In this document: positions 37,043 through 51,730 of the stretch, one piece after another
Numbering within the stretch: the first letter of the stretch is position 1
Layout: each line of letters begins with the position of its first letter
Source: Vicugna vicugna
Lineage: Eukaryota
Reading direction: 5' to 3'
Assembly: GCA_013265495.1 (NCBI GenBank)
Contig: MU061579.1
Coordinates: 4,488,327 to 4,552,326 of the forward strand
DNA length: 64,000 nt
Translations under genes and position numbers: made by a program
Notes under the pieces: model-generated
Database searches by the model: none
Seen by the model: the letters and a program-made list of their open reading frames with translations, nothing else
Told to the model about the DNA's origin: nothing

Positions 37043-38559
37043 AGCTGAAATTCACAATCAAATTGTATCTCTTGGATTTTTCAAAGGAGTTGGAGAGTGT
37101 TCTATTTCTGATAGTGAATATGGGAAGAATAAGTTCATACCTGCACATGCCACGTGAAATAAACTAGGATGAAAATAAAGCTGATGCTTACAGAGGAGAG
37201 GAGATGAGAGTTAAAGATACTATCAATGGCCTTAAAGTACTTTCAAATCTTTCCTGAGGTCAGATCTACAAATGCCTTGTCTGCTATTTGATTTTCTAAC
37301 TGGTAAAACCCTCCTTTGTTGCATAGTTCAAATTAGGCTTATGAACTCAACTGAATTAAAAAGTGGAAAAAAAAAGTACTGGTCATTGATCAAACAGTAT
37401 AGTTCAATAGAATTAAATAATCACCGAAGTTACCTTCCTTGTCCTTTCAAATGTGTTGCTCTGAAGCTAGATCAATATTTGCAACACCAGAGGTCAACCT
37501 GAAATGGTATCTTTTTACCCATCGCTCGTTTTTTATTATCTCTCCCTGGCTTTTACACATACACGGTGAACACATTCACACTGGAGATGTTACCTCTTTA
37601 AGATTGCTCTTAGACTTGATAGATACGTGGGGTGGGTGAGGAGGAAGGACATATTGGGAAAACTAAATATTATAAATACCAGAAAAGGTACTTTAATATT
37701 TTGAGGCCTAACCTCATTGTAACAACTGAATACTACAAATGGAAAATAACAAATAGTACTATTTCAGATTATGACAATGATTTCAAAATCATTGCACCAA
37801 TTACAAAGATTAAAAAAGTTGAAAGGACTCACGAGGCTTCTTACAGTTTGCTTTTGTTACTGCTTAATAAAGATTAAGTACATAGTGCAACAGAAAGACA
37901 TACAGGAAGTCATTGTGAGTCCAATTATTTCAGGCTCAGTACTGCCTCCTCCCCAGTTTCCCTTCTCAGTCTCACAAGACTTCACAGGACTTCAACTTCA
38001 GACTATGAAATCCCAGGATTTTAGACAGCTATATCATTGTAATTCAGGGACACCCAGACAAATATTTATAGTAGGGTATTTCACACACAGCTGGTCACAT
38101 AACTCAAGCCTAGTTGTGCAAATGATCTAATTGAACATCCCCCAACAATGTAGAACAAGCTGTCACTAAGCTTTAAACAGCATATTATGATGCACAAGTC
38201 ATTCTTATCTTGCTCAAGGGTCAGTATATCACTTCCATGAATCCTGAGAGACAAGCATCAAGCTGTTCCAGTCTGGCTACCTGATAACCCTGTCTTATAT
38301 AAGCATCAATTACATTATATGAGGATATAATCTGTGTGGAGGAAGCAATTTAAAAGGAATGGGAAATTGATTTAAGAAAGAAAAGACCAGGCTATACTTG
38401 ATGTCAGCAAAGATGATTCTCTTGGATTATAATTATTTTCTCCCTACTTTCTTTTTCTTTTGATTGCTTCTCCTCTATTCAATAATTTTAATCAATTTTT
38501 TTGCACCTAATTTACATATGACATACATTTTAAATGTCAAGTCTGATGACTGTTTTCCC

Positions 38560-41500
38560 GATTTATGTGTTTTATGTTGAAATGTATTTCTTGTATAACT
38601 GTGTAAATTTAAGTCAATTTTATACATTTATGTATTGTGATATTATTACCTTGTAGACTTAGCTAACACCTCTATTATGTCACATAATTCTTGTTTTTTT
38701 GTTGTTGTGATGGGAATAATTAAGATGTGGTCTTTTAGCATGTTTGATGTTTATAATACAATGTCTATAATTATTATTCTGTGCATTGGATCTCTGGGAT
38801 TTATTTGTATTAGTTGCAAATTTGGTTCTTAAACAACATCTTTCCTATTCCTTCACCCCCAGACCCTGGTAGCTATCATTCCACTCTGTTTTTATGAGTT
38901 TGGCTTTTTTAGATTCCACGTATAAGTGATATTATATAGTATTTCTCTTTCTATGTCTGACTAATGTTGCTTAGCATAATGTCCTCAAGATCTATCCATG
39001 TTGTCTTAAATAGCAGAATTTTATTCTTTCTCATGGCTGAAAAATATTCCATTGTGTGTATATAAAATATATATTTATAAAGTCCATTAAAATATTTTAT
39101 TGTATATATAATGTATATTATCATATACATTTCATCTTTGTCCTTTCACTTGCTGACAGGCACTGAAGTTGACTTAGGTTGTTTCCATCACTTGGCTACT
39201 GTAATTACGCTGTAATAAATGTGGGCGTGCATGTGTCACTTTGATATCCTGTTTTCATTTTCTTTGGGTTTACACCCAGAAGTCAAATTGCTGGATCATA
39301 ATGGTAGTTCAATTTTTAATTTTTTGAGGAACCTCCATACAGTTTTCCATAGGGCTGCATCAATTTAAATTCTCACAAACAGCATACAAGGGTTTCCATT
39401 CTTCCACGTGCTTGCTAGCACTTGTTATCTCTGGTCTTCTTGGTGGTAACCATTCTAACTGGTGTAACGTGATATCTTGTTGTGGTTATGATTTTCATTT
39501 CCATGATGATTAGTGATGTTAACCGTCTTTTCATGTACCTGTTGGCCATTTGAATGTCTTCTTTGAAAACATTTCTATTAATTATGCTACCCATTTTTAA
39601 TTGGCTTGTTTCGAGTTTTTGTTCCTGTTTTATTGAGTTGTATGAGTTCTTTATATGTTTTAGCTTTGCCCCTTATCAGACATATGGCCTGCAAATATTT
39701 TGTCATGCTGTAGGTTACCTTTTCATTTTGATTGTTCTTTTGCTGTATAGAAACTTTGTTCGATGTAGTAATTCTTACTGATTTTTGCTTTTGTTATTTG
39801 TGCTTGTGGTGTCATTCAAAATCATTGCCAAGACCAATGTCAAGGATCTTTCGTCTTGTTTTCTTCAAGGAGTTTTGGTATTAGAACCTACTTTTAAGTC
39901 TTTGATCCATTTCAGTTAATTTATGTGAGTGGTGTAAGATACGGGTCCCATTTAATTTTTCTGCTTGTGGTTTATCCAGTTTTCCCAATACTGTTTGTTG
40001 AAAAGACTATTCTTTTCCCACTGTGTGTCCTTGGCTCCCCTGTACAGTGTTAATTGACCTGATGGAATTTTGTTTTATTTGTCTATGTGTCTATTTTTAT
40101 GCCAGTACTACTACTACTACTACTACTACTACTACGTTAATAACTATAGCTTTGCAGTAAAGTTTGTAATCAGGAAGTACGATGCCTCTGGCTTTTTCTT
40201 TTTTGTGATTGCTTTGGCTAGTTAGGGTCTTCTGTGGTTCTATAAAAATTTTAGGATTGTTTTTTCTATTTCGGTGAAAATGCCATAAGAATTTGGGGAT
40301 TGAATTAAATCTAGAGATGACTTTGGGTAGTATGGACATTTTAACAATATTAATCCTTCTTATCCATGAACACAAAAGTATCTTTCTGTTTGTTTATGTC
40401 TTCAGTGTCTCTCAACAAAGTCTTATAGTCTTATACAGATCTTTCACTTTCTTGGTTAGATTTATTCCTAGGCATATTATTGTTTTTCATGCTACTGTGA
40501 ATGTGACAGTTTCATTATTTCTTTTTCAGATGTTTCCTTGTTAATGTTTAGAAATGCATCTGATTTCTGTGTATTGATTTTATATCCTGTGACTTTATTG
40601 AATTTGTTTATTACTTCCAATAGATTTTTGGTTAAGTCTTTGGGATTTTCTATATGTAAGATCCTATCATCTGCAGATAATAACAATTTTATTTCTTTCC
40701 TGCCAATTTGGATGCATTTTATTTCTTTGTCTTACCTAATTGCTCTTGCTAGGACTTCCAGTATTATATTAAATGGGAATGGTAAGAGTGAGCATTCTTA
40801 TCTTGTTCCTGGTCTTAAAAGAAAACCTTGAATTTTTCACCATTAACTCTGATGTTAGCTGTGGGTTTGTCACATATAGCTTTTATTATGCTAAGGTATG
40901 TTTTTTTCTACAGCCAAAGTGTTAAGGATTTTTATTATGAAAGGACATTATCAAATGCTTTTTCTGCATCTTTTTGATGATCATATGAGTTTATCCTTTA
41001 ATTTGTTAATGTATCACATTTATTGATTTGCATATGTTGAACCATCCTTGCATCCTGGGGATAAATCCCATCTTGTCATGGTATATAATCCTTTTAATAT
41101 GAGGTTGAATTCAATATATATTTTATTGAGGACTTTCTATTGGTGTTTGTAAAAGATATTGGTCTGTAGTTTCTTTTCTTGTAGTGTCTCTAACTTTGGT
41201 ATCAGGATATGCTGGCCTCATAGAATGAGTTTGGAGTTTGCTCTATAATTTTTTTGTAAAAGTTTGAGAAGGATTGATGTTAGTTCTTTTCTGAATTTGG
41301 GACATAATTAACCACTGATGCCATCAAATTCAGGGCTTTTCGTTGTCAAAAATTTTTTGATTGCTAATTAACTCTCCTTACTATTTATAGATTTATTCAG
41401 ATTTTTCTGTTTATGATTCAGTCTTAGTAGGTTTTGTGTTTTTAGGAATTTGTGTATTTCATCTGGGGTATCCAATTTGTAGGTGGACAATTTTTCATAA

Positions 41501-41848
41501 TACTTTCTTACAATTACTTTGTTTCTATAAAATCAGTAGTAATATCTCTACTTTTATTTCTGATTTTAGTATTTTGAACCTTCTCTTATTTTTCAATCCA
41601 TGTAGGTAAAGATTTGTTACTTTTCTTGTTATTTTTGGAGATCTAACTTTAAAAAATTTTTTTCTGTTTTTTTAATTTCATATTTTATTCATCCTGCTCT
41701 AATCTTTCCTTTCTTTCATCTGGGAAACTTAGGTTTATTTTATTCTTATGTTTTTAATTCCTTAAGTTGTAAAGTTAGTTTATTGATTTCTGTTCTTTCT
41801 TGGTTTTTTAATGTAAGCATTTGTAGCTATAAATTACCCTCTTAGCAC
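38560..41848 (-). mobile_element. L1 (L1MA-type), 5'-truncated, ~3.3 kb, 3' UTR plus ORF2
   Basis: ORF2 remnants [17 protein letters not shown] (ORF 40097..40375) and LSADDRILHIENPKD (ORF 40492..40686, degenerate FADD RT motif); contains an (ACT)n expansion at ~40106-40135. Confidence 0.92.
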
Positions 41849-44800
41849 AACACAAGCATACACACAACACCAACACTAGTCACATTAATAACAAAGTTTA
41901 ATTTAATAACAAATATGATATTTTTATAACAAAAACATGATTATTTATTATGTAATAATTTATAGTAACTTGAGTATTTTTAAAATATTTTTTAAAGTTT
42001 CCTCGATCTTCTTTTATATGTATATGTACAATTTTACACTGAAAGTTTTAAATCAATATGGGATTTGTTTTGAAATATGAGATCCAATTTTAACTTTGTT
42101 CCAGATAGATAGCCAATTTTATCTTCTTTATTTATTTAATTACTGAACAGCAAATAATACCACAATCTAAGACATTAAACAAAATGTATTTTAAAAAAAA
42201 TTGAAAGAAAAAGAACATGAAATTGGGAATCCACCAATACAAAATGTCTGAATCATCTGTTGATATAATACAATGTAAACTGGCAGGCAGCTATGAACTA
42301 TAAATTCAACTGGGGTAGCTGCAAAATATAAGATTAGAATAAGGTATGTAACATTGCTCAATTTTTCTTACACAAATAAGAATTATCCAATTCTATTTTA
42401 CATATGCATTCATATTTTTATGATTATGAGTGTGATGAGTGCTACTGTCTACAATGAAGGAATGCAGTATATCTGGTATACTGGTTAAGATGATTAAGAT
42501 TGGTGAATGAAGAAAAGAAAACATGTATAATCTGACTTCACTGAAGTAAAGCTGTTTGTGTGTGTGTGTGTGTATAATGAGATACATGAAATATAGTCTT
42601 GGAAAAGTTAAATGTTTATATCATGAAGTGAGGTTTTAGGTGACTTCTACTTTCTTCACTATATGTTTACATAATTTTTTAAAACTCACCAATAAATCTA
42701 TTTAATTATGCAATAAAAAATTCTCATTGGAGAAAAGGAAAGTAAAGATATCACATAATTAATAGCTGTATATATACTTAAAAACTGGTAGGCTATTGCA
42801 ACAGATAGTTCTAAAAAGAGACAAACTTCTCCTTATTTTCTTTTATGTACATAAATAATGACTACTTTACTAGTTCCAGACATCAAGAAATTACAACAAA
42901 GTCTTTGTAATGCCTAATTGCTTTTAATTTTAAAACCAAAATCCAAGATACAGTATTAACACGTTTATGAACAAGTTTGAAGTTGTAGCTCAAGTCCTAA
43001 TGGGAAAATGATTGGTTAGAATGATTGAAAACAACAGAAACCTACTTAAATTGTTCCTATATTTTTCTATGCTGTCCCATGATCAATAGAATAAAAAAAA
43101 TGAGAGAGCCCTTGGGTACTGAATTATTAAATCAGTAGCTTAATTGCATTTCCATAAATTGTCTCATGTGCTTTTATTGCCTTGGGGTGCTGGCAGTACC
43201 AATGAACTGTGACAGCAGTATTTCTTCAGAACCATCAAAAAGGCACTATAGGAAGTAGGCACACACACATAACATCATGATTTTTCTACATTAAATATAT
43301 TTTTTCTCAGCACATACCCAATTAGATATGGCATGGTGATTAAGAAATTAAGTTTCTGTATGTCCTTGTATAATTTATTCTATGCCCTTTTGACCCTTTA
43401 GCAAACAAGAAAACAACATGTGGAAATGACTGATAAGGCACTTTCAAGCACTCCATGGAACTTTTGGTAAATACAGAGAGTGCAGCAAAAACTGATTATC
43501 AATAATGGTAATTGGAGATCCATGCCTTATTTGCATACACTTAATGAAAATGTATATTATTCATGTCCTATGAAACTTGAAAAAGATCAATAATCAGAAA
43601 TGGTAATATGTCCCACATTTAGGCTAAAATTTAAGTAGAATGGCCTAGATGACACAGTCAAATATAAAATCATATTTCAAATTTTGTAATTTTTTTCAAT
43701 CATGGACTCTGAATGCACTTATATTAATAATAGCCTTTAATTTGTAGGTATCTCAATAAGCAGATCTCCCTTAAACAAAGTAAAGCCTTTTTTATAAATT
43801 TATTTGTAAATGTCCATAAAATTGTAAGTTGAGAGGACCCCTTACCCTGATATAATTGCTTTTTATAGTACATATGATAAATATAGCACATACTATTATT
43901 AATTTCAGATGACATAACGTAATTTATGTCAGCATTTTAGGAAGGAGCAAATTGCCTATTATAAAATAATCATAATACAAATAAGTTGTATTATTAACAA
44001 TAGATAATATATATAGTAAATTTCTGGCCACTTTATTATGTCAAGAAGATAAACAGTTACTTGTAGTTATTAAGCACATTTACGTGTCGGTAATTGTAAC
44101 TGATGACTCAGCATTACTAGTAGGTAGGTGCTATTACTATCACAATTTGTAGATAAAGAGATAACTTATCCAAAGTCACACTGTTAAATTCAAACCTCAG
44201 TTCCTTACGACAAGAAAGTTTATGTAAAAACATCATGCTGCTCTAACCCTCAAAGCCACACCTTTTATAGCTTCTTTTTTTTCATACACAGTCTAATTAA
44301 TATAATATATCTCACATGGAATCTAAATAGTGAAAAGTTTAATTATGTATTCAAAGATTTTTACTGGAGGAGATATTTCTTCAGAAGCTTGATTTTCCAT
44401 AAATGATTGCAATTATAATTATGGGCAGTTTCAGTCCCTTTGCGTGCAGGAGGACACTAGTTATGTGATCTTAGGCTTAATTTATTTTTATTATGTTAAT
44501 GTTGCACGTTAAAAGTCGTATGTATGTATAAATCTTAGTGTATTGATAGGGCATTCCTGGAGTGAAAAAAACAACATCTTATTAATTTTTCTTTATTTCT
44601 CACTAAAAGTTAGTCCAGCACCTAGCAGTTAACATTCAATAAATGGTTGAATTGAATTGTTAAATGGATGCAAATAGAGAATGCAGCAGGCACTGGCTTT
44701 CTGAAATTTCCAAATATGTATTCCCTATCTCATCCTTGTTGAATATTAATCTTGGGAAATTCTTACTGACAAAATAAACAAGTCAGATTGCTTCGGGCTA

Positions 44801-46719
44801 CATCTCCCCCTGGAAGACTCTATAATTATTAACATGTTAGTGCTCTGACAAGTCCTTTCATAAACTTGGTCCAGTCCAGTGTTTCCCACACCTAAATTAA
44901 CAGTGGCACAAATCTATCCCCCACTCTGTGGGAAATACAATAAGTACTATGCAAAGATTTTCGATGAAAATGATTTTATATCTTAGTCATGTTTGTTTAT
45001 CATCCTAACTTAAGTAATATAAGTGAAAAAATATTAGCTGAGTGACTGATGATTTATTTGTCCTTCACACTTCATCTTGGACAGCACTGTCATAATTTTG
45101 TTATAGGATTAGAGATTACTGGCTTAAGGTTTCCAAGAAGTGCCTTAACCATACCACCAGTGATGGTCAAGAATCTGTTAATGTTAAATTGGAAAATACA
45201 TTCATATTTGTATATATCAATTAAATAGTCAAAGGAAATCTACTAACTACTGTCTTAGAAATTTAAGCTGGTTTATTTTCTGCCTTACTTTAAGGATTCA
45301 GTAGAATGTGGGAAGTTGAAAAAATGTGAAAGTCTCTGATGTACCTTCATGTTTGCTTTTGTTTTGTACGTGTTTTTATTGTGGAATTAGCACAGGCTGG
45401 AGTATTTATTGATGAACAACACTGAAAGACAGATTTGTCACCTGTTTCCTGTATTGGGATCTGCAGCCCACATAGCCTTACTGAAGTGGCTTTACCACAA
45501 ACGTTGATTTAGAAACAGCTGGTTTTGATATTAGAATTTTGCCAACATTGTGACTTTGTAAATGGTAGCATTTTTCTACCAGAGAATGTTTTCTTTTTTT
45601 TTTAATTCACATAGTTTCACAATTGTTCAAAAATTATTAAAATACCCTAAGCATCTTTATGAGACATAAATGTATGAAAGGGAGCTATTGCACATTCATG
45701 GTTATCAAGAAAATTGGAAAGCAAGCAGCAGTGGTGATCACTATCCATTGTTTCCCTGTAGCAATATGTACAAGAAATACTACTGCAAGTGAAATTTTTC
45801 ATTTGCAGAATTTGCTCTGTTTTCATAAGCCTTTTAAAACCAGTCTCTGACACATAATGCCAATTGTAAAGAACACTTCTCTGGTGTGAACTTAGCATTC
45901 AAATCCTTACAAAGTCACTTGTTCTCAGGAAATGAGGTTGATAAAGCTGAACCAAAAAGGGAAGGTATTTATGGAATTGGTGATGTACTTTTCCTCATCT
46001 ATGCATAAGTTCTCTTCCAATATTGTACATGGTCAAGGGTGCCAGCCTCTTCTGGTGGGTGTTAGCCTCTTCCATTGCATTGGTCAGAGAGAAGCTATGC
46101 ATTTTCACTGGTATAAAACCTAAGTCCTTCACTTCTGGAGCTCACTGCAAATCACCTGATCTACCTAGTTAAGGTTATACTTCTGTAAAACAGCCATTTT
46201 CAGCTTCTAACTCTTCACTGGATCTAAATTCCCTTAAACAATTCCACTACACAGAAGTGCTAACTTAATACCATCCTCTATCTCAAAGGCATTCATGTCA
46301 ATCCTTTGCTAACTTTATGATCTGTGTATAAATTTTTAAAATATCTTTTACCTGTATCTAAATTATAGGCATAGCTAACATATTTCAGCTAAAAAATTAT
46401 ACTGTGACATAAATTTTTCATTACTATTCTTTAAGACATTGACAGATTTGATGAGCCACTATTTATTGGGTACTTAATTTTACCCAGATTTGGCTATGCA
46501 CAGGTGTTCAGCCCATTGTGATAAAGACAGAACAGGGAAACAAAATTTAAATGGAAAGCTGATGTGCCATAATAAAAGTACAGAAAAATATGGAGAAGTT
46601 TTAAGTTTACACTGAGAATGAGGCAGAAATGGGACAAGGAAATTTTCAAAAAATGGCAATACTTTGGTACTGTTTTGAATGATAATTACTTTTTTTCAGG
46701 TAGGCGGGGGAGGGGGGCC

Positions 46720-47270
46720 TGTTACGGAATCCAGACTCGTTCTGCTGGCTGCACAACAGGCCAATAAATTGGGAGTCGAGGTGTTTGGGCAAGGAATAGC
46801 GACTTTATTCAGAAAGCCGGCAGATCGAGAGGATGGCAGACTAATGTCTTGGAGAATCATCCTCCTCCAGTCAGAATACAGGCTCCTTTTATACAAAAAC
46901 AAAACAAAACAAAACAAAAACAAAAACAAACGGGGAAGGGGGGCAGTGGTTGGTTGTTGCAAACTTCTTGCTGCAGAAATTCTTTGCTCTTGCAGCCCTC
47001 CATGTGGATAGGGCCATGGTCTCCCTGTAAACCTCCAGCAAAACAAAGGTTATTCTCTATTTTGCAACTTGCCATCTCTACATAAGTGCAGAAGTGCTAA
47101 CATCTTTGAAGGTCAGAGCCCTGAGAATAGGCTCTCCTGTATATTTCAGGCTAAAGGCAACATTGTTTTACAAAAGATACAGAGCTAGCAAGACAGCCTA
47201 GAAAACAGGGCACAGTGGTTAAAACTAAAGGAACTGATCCAATATGGAGTCAGATTTGTTCACTATTACT
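46720..47270 (-). mobile_element. ERV1 solo LTR (family A)
   Basis: Colinear with 2863-3386; near-TSD GGCC/AGCC; internal (CAAAA)n expansion ~46893-46930. Confidence 0.85.
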
Positions 47271-47809
47271 AGCCAGGATTTTCAGGAGGAGCCAACAGTC
47301 CAGGCTAGAAGAGACATAGTTAATAGCTGGATATTATTAGATCATAGTTTGTCAAAGAAGCAGACGAAGACTAAGCTAGAGAGTTAAGCTGGGGCAAGAA
47401 TATGGAGGAGTTTGAGATTTTTCACTTCGGGAAAACAGGAGTCATTGGCATGTTTTAATCAGTAGAGAACTTGGGAAAATATACCTTTATATAGGCCATT
47501 CTAAGAGTAATGAGCAAGTTACCTGGAATGAGTACAATGTATGTGACACTATACTGCTTAGATAGCTGAGCAAGAAGAGAAATTAAGTTAGCATCTCTCA
47601 GGCTCTAAATTTGAAACATCAGGTTTTGTTTTTAAAAAAGTACACTATTTTTTTCCAACAGCAGATGAGTGACAGCGCTCATCCCACATTCTCAATATGT
47701 GCGTGTGCTGTGTAGGTGATTCATGGTAAGAAATGTTCCCAAAAATAGCTTCCATGCATTGAGCATAGCTGTGAGCTAGAATCTACTTATAAAGGCTTTT
47801 TTTGGGGTG

Positions 47810-47990
47810 AACTAATTTAACCCTGAAAAAAATACAGTGGATTATTTACTATGATTTTCTACATTTTACAGATGAGAAAACTGAGGCCTAGAGGTAGGTA
47901 CTAAATAACCTGTTCAGATTCACAAGCTAGTAAGTAAATAAATGTGGCAGGATTTTAATAGGTCAAACTCTTAACCACTATACATACTGT
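47810..47990 (-). mobile_element. MIR SINE
   Basis: 'cattttacagatgagaaaactgaggcctagag' is the MIR core, antisense. Confidence 0.8.
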
Positions 47991-50900
47991 CCTTCAAATA
48001 TTTTATTATATGAACAAATTTAGTTATAAATACAGACATTGGCTTCTTACAAATTGTAGGAAATGGGATGTCCTTATCTACCTTCTCAAAATCAACTTGT
48101 TCAGTTTTTTATAGCTCAAATCAAGAGCTATCTCTTCTAGGAAGTTTCTTTGGCACTGTTTTCTAAAAATCACAATCTCTCCTTCTGCATTTGCAGCTTG
48201 CAATGCATTTGTTTTAATTATGTGTATTCACTTTACTGTGTATTGCAATGATTATATTATTTATTAAATAGACTTTTTGAGTGTCTCTTGTATATGTGTT
48301 ACTGTGGTAGATTCTAGCTTCTCTAGAATAACTACAGTTATCACTTTTTATGCCATTGGAATGTAAGTCCTATATATTATTTTATATCCCTTTAAGGAAA
48401 AGTAAAGTATGCAGTAATAAATGGGTACATAATAAATTTTATTGAGTAAATAAATTCATTCATTCCATTAGCCCAGTGGCCCAGTGAAAGAGGATGACCA
48501 TGATTGTACTGACTTGTAATAGATGATGTTTCATGTCTTTACCAGACCTTTATCCATAGGAAAAAACAGCAGAGAACTGTAGCTACTGACTGTATCCACT
48601 TTCTTATAAAATACTGATTTGTTTCTTGATCCAATTTCTACTTTATCAGTAATGTCTTTATGCTTATATGAATTTCTTCAGTTCCTTTTTCATATTATAA
48701 TGAACAGTGAGGTACTGTCTTATACTGCAATCATGTCTAACAGAATTTTTAAAGGAGGTTCAAACATATGTATTTGACCATCTATGACCATTGCATCAAC
48801 ATATTATCAGACTTATTTAAATGACGGGAATTTAACATAGAATTTTAGTAGGACTTGTCTCCTCGAGAAAGCTCACAGAGAAACAAGTACACATAGTTTG
48901 CCCTTTGTCTACATCCTCACTGGAAAACTTACCTGTGTGAGTTTTCTAATGTGTAAAATGATCACATTAACTTTGTTTATATACTTGACTTTTAAAGACT
49001 AACTGTTTGGAATAACAATCCCATGAAGAAATGAATTTATTTGACCTAAATATTTTCAGCAGTAGGTGCATGAGTCTCATGAATGTATATGAGGGAGTGA
49101 GGAAGAAAGGTGGGCAGTTTTAGGCTACTAGAAGTTGGTCCCAGCAGCGTTAGAGATTAGAACTTGGAATAAATAAAAGAAGAATAAAAGTGCCAAATAA
49201 TGTAAAGTCCCAGCTATGACAAATAACAGATATATTTGTATATACGACTTCATTATCTTCTAGTTAAAGAAGACTAGTTTAAGTCATAAAAACGTCAACT
49301 CTATCTTTCTTTTTGGTGTGCTATGGCATAAGACAACTCTGAATGGCTTCTGGAATTTTATGGTGAAATTGGTCTAAGGAAAATAGGGAAGAAATAAAGT
49401 TTGATACATTAGGATAAAAATAATAGCCAATGGTTTCATCACAAACAAAAAAGGGCGTGATACAAATACACTAAAGTGATCGTGACTATTCTTCATTTAT
49501 TCATCATGAATTTTGAACAACTACCATATTATCAAATACTCTGATAAGTCTTGTGTCATATTAAAAAAATAAGACACAGTCATAGCAATCAGTGCTGCCA
49601 CTAGAAGAGAGGTAATACAAATGACTAGGATTCAGAGCTGGAAGAAATAAATTTTAATCTTCCATTAAAATTTTAAGTCACAGGATATGAGACTTAGATG
49701 AGCATTTACTTGTATATCTTTCAGAAAATCTTCCTTGTGGGTTATTCAATCATCCATCATGCATTTTAAGCATCTATAATACTACTGAAAAATACAGTGA
49801 TGAGTTTTGTTGACATATAAAAGTTATAAAAGTTTGAGGGAAGTAGTGAATTATTCACACTGGAGGAGATGTAAAAAATTCAAGAACTAGGACATTTCAG
49901 CTCAGCCTTGAAAGATGGGTTATAATTAAAGAGAAAAGAGGAAAGAGAAATTCCATGATAAAGGATCAATATGGAGAGAGGCACAGAGATTGTCTTGAAA
50001 GTTCATGCCCTGGTCAGTGTGATGAAATCAGAAGGTATATGGATGAAAGTAGCTATAGTAAATATTGAAAAGGCAGTTTGGCCCCAAATCATAAGGTTTC
50101 TATGACATGGAAATAATTAACAACTTTATTCTGTAGATAAAAGCCTAATAAGTTATTCTTGAAATCAGTGTCATATTAATTAAGTATTTGACTGAATAAA
50201 TGATTTTCATAGAGCCATGGATATAACACACAATAATCACTTTTTTTTTGTAAATTAGGAGTTAAAAAGTATTAATTGCTATAGGAAAAGGTGTTTAGGT
50301 AAATTGTATAGAAGTCAAAATACGCTTTAGCAAAAACATGGAGGTAGAGGGATCTTTTGTGGTTAGAGATTCCACAATTCTCTGCTCAAATAAAGAAATT
50401 CTGTAAATGAGAAAAATGCATACAAACATAGTTTTTTGTTTTTTATTTTTTGTGGTATCCACCTCCTATTTAATTTTTTCCATATGCTTTGTTTACGTGG
50501 ATTATAATCATCATTTCAACTAAATACCTTGGCATGAGATTTCTCTGTTGGCAATTATCATTCAGCTTATAATGCTATGAGATTGTTAAAGCAAGTCAGT
50601 CAAGATTTATTAAATGTCTCTTATTTGCAAATCACTTTGCTAAGCAATTTGATGAATTAGTCAGAAGGAAAAATAGCCAAACCCTTACTTGAAGAAATTT
50701 AAATACAGTTATAAACATAAAAAGAAACCCAAAGTAGACAATTTCTTTAGTATTAATCTAGAGAGAACAGAGACAAGTATATACTTTTGAATATGTTTCA
50801 ATATCTCTGAGAATCACATAAGCCTAGAACTCATTTCATCATCATGAATGATGTAAGGCAAAGTGTCTAAACCTAGGTTTGAGAGCCTACAAGTCTGGGT

Positions 50901-51579
50901 ACCTCTTTCTCAGTCTCCAAATACCGTGGTCCATTGGGTTTTTGAACAAAGCAAATCATGGTTCCATAAAGAACAACAATATGCATATGGTAGAGTCAGA
51001 TAAGGATGATTTCAAGAAGAAAACAGTACAAGAACTAGCTTTCAGACCACAAGGGGACACACAATTTTGGGTGCAGTTAATTCATTGATTTTCAGCCATA
51101 TTTTCTCACTCAAAAGTTGAGGAGTTTGATTACGTGATGTCCCTGGCAAGAGTCTTCAAAGTCAAATTGGGGCATTAATACTCCTGTGAATATTTAAAAT
51201 CTCCCTAGGAGATACACATGCATAATCTTAGGAAATTATTTTTCAGATATCCAACTTCCTACTTCAAAAATCCCTGTGGTCTCTTGGCTCTGCTTTCCAA
51301 CATTTCTTTTTACCATGACCTGTCTGCTGTCCACAAAAGTAAGGCAGATGTTCCAACTTGAATCATGTTACAGAGCCATCCCAGCCATGGCAAAGCCTCA
51401 AGGACTTAAGGACTGCTGAAAGTGACTTGCATCTGATTGTGGGTCTAGTAAGAGCACAGCAAGGCACGTTTACAGGGGTCAGTGCCTTATGTCACCTCTA
51501 AAATAAACTCTTAGTAACATTTCCCATCAAACTTACCTGGTATTCTATCATAGAAATTCATTCAGAAGAAGTGAGAAGA

Positions 51580-51730
51580 GGGGGAGTGTACAGCTTAGTG
51601 GCAGATCACATGCGTAGCATGCACAAGGTCCTGGGTTCAATCCCCAGTACCTCTATTAAGAAAGAAAGAAAGAAAGAAACCTAATTATACCACTCCCCCC
51701 AAAAAAACCTAAAAATAAATCAAAACAAAA
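51580..51730 (+). mobile_element. tRNA-derived camelid SINE (vic-1-type) with perfect TSD
   Basis: A/B boxes, 'agcatgcacaaggtcctgggttcaatccccagtacctc', A-rich tail; 14-bp TSD AAGAAGTGAGAAGA at 51566-51579 and 51731-51744. Confidence 0.9.

Noticed and set aside
40097..40686. L1 ORF2/reverse transcriptase ORFs as active genes
   Set aside because: Short frames broken by stops, frameshifts and a microsatellite; the element is 5'-truncated.
51580..51655. tRNA genes here and at ~24993
   Set aside because: A/B boxes are present but followed by SINE body, A-rich tail and (here) a TSD; these are SINEs.
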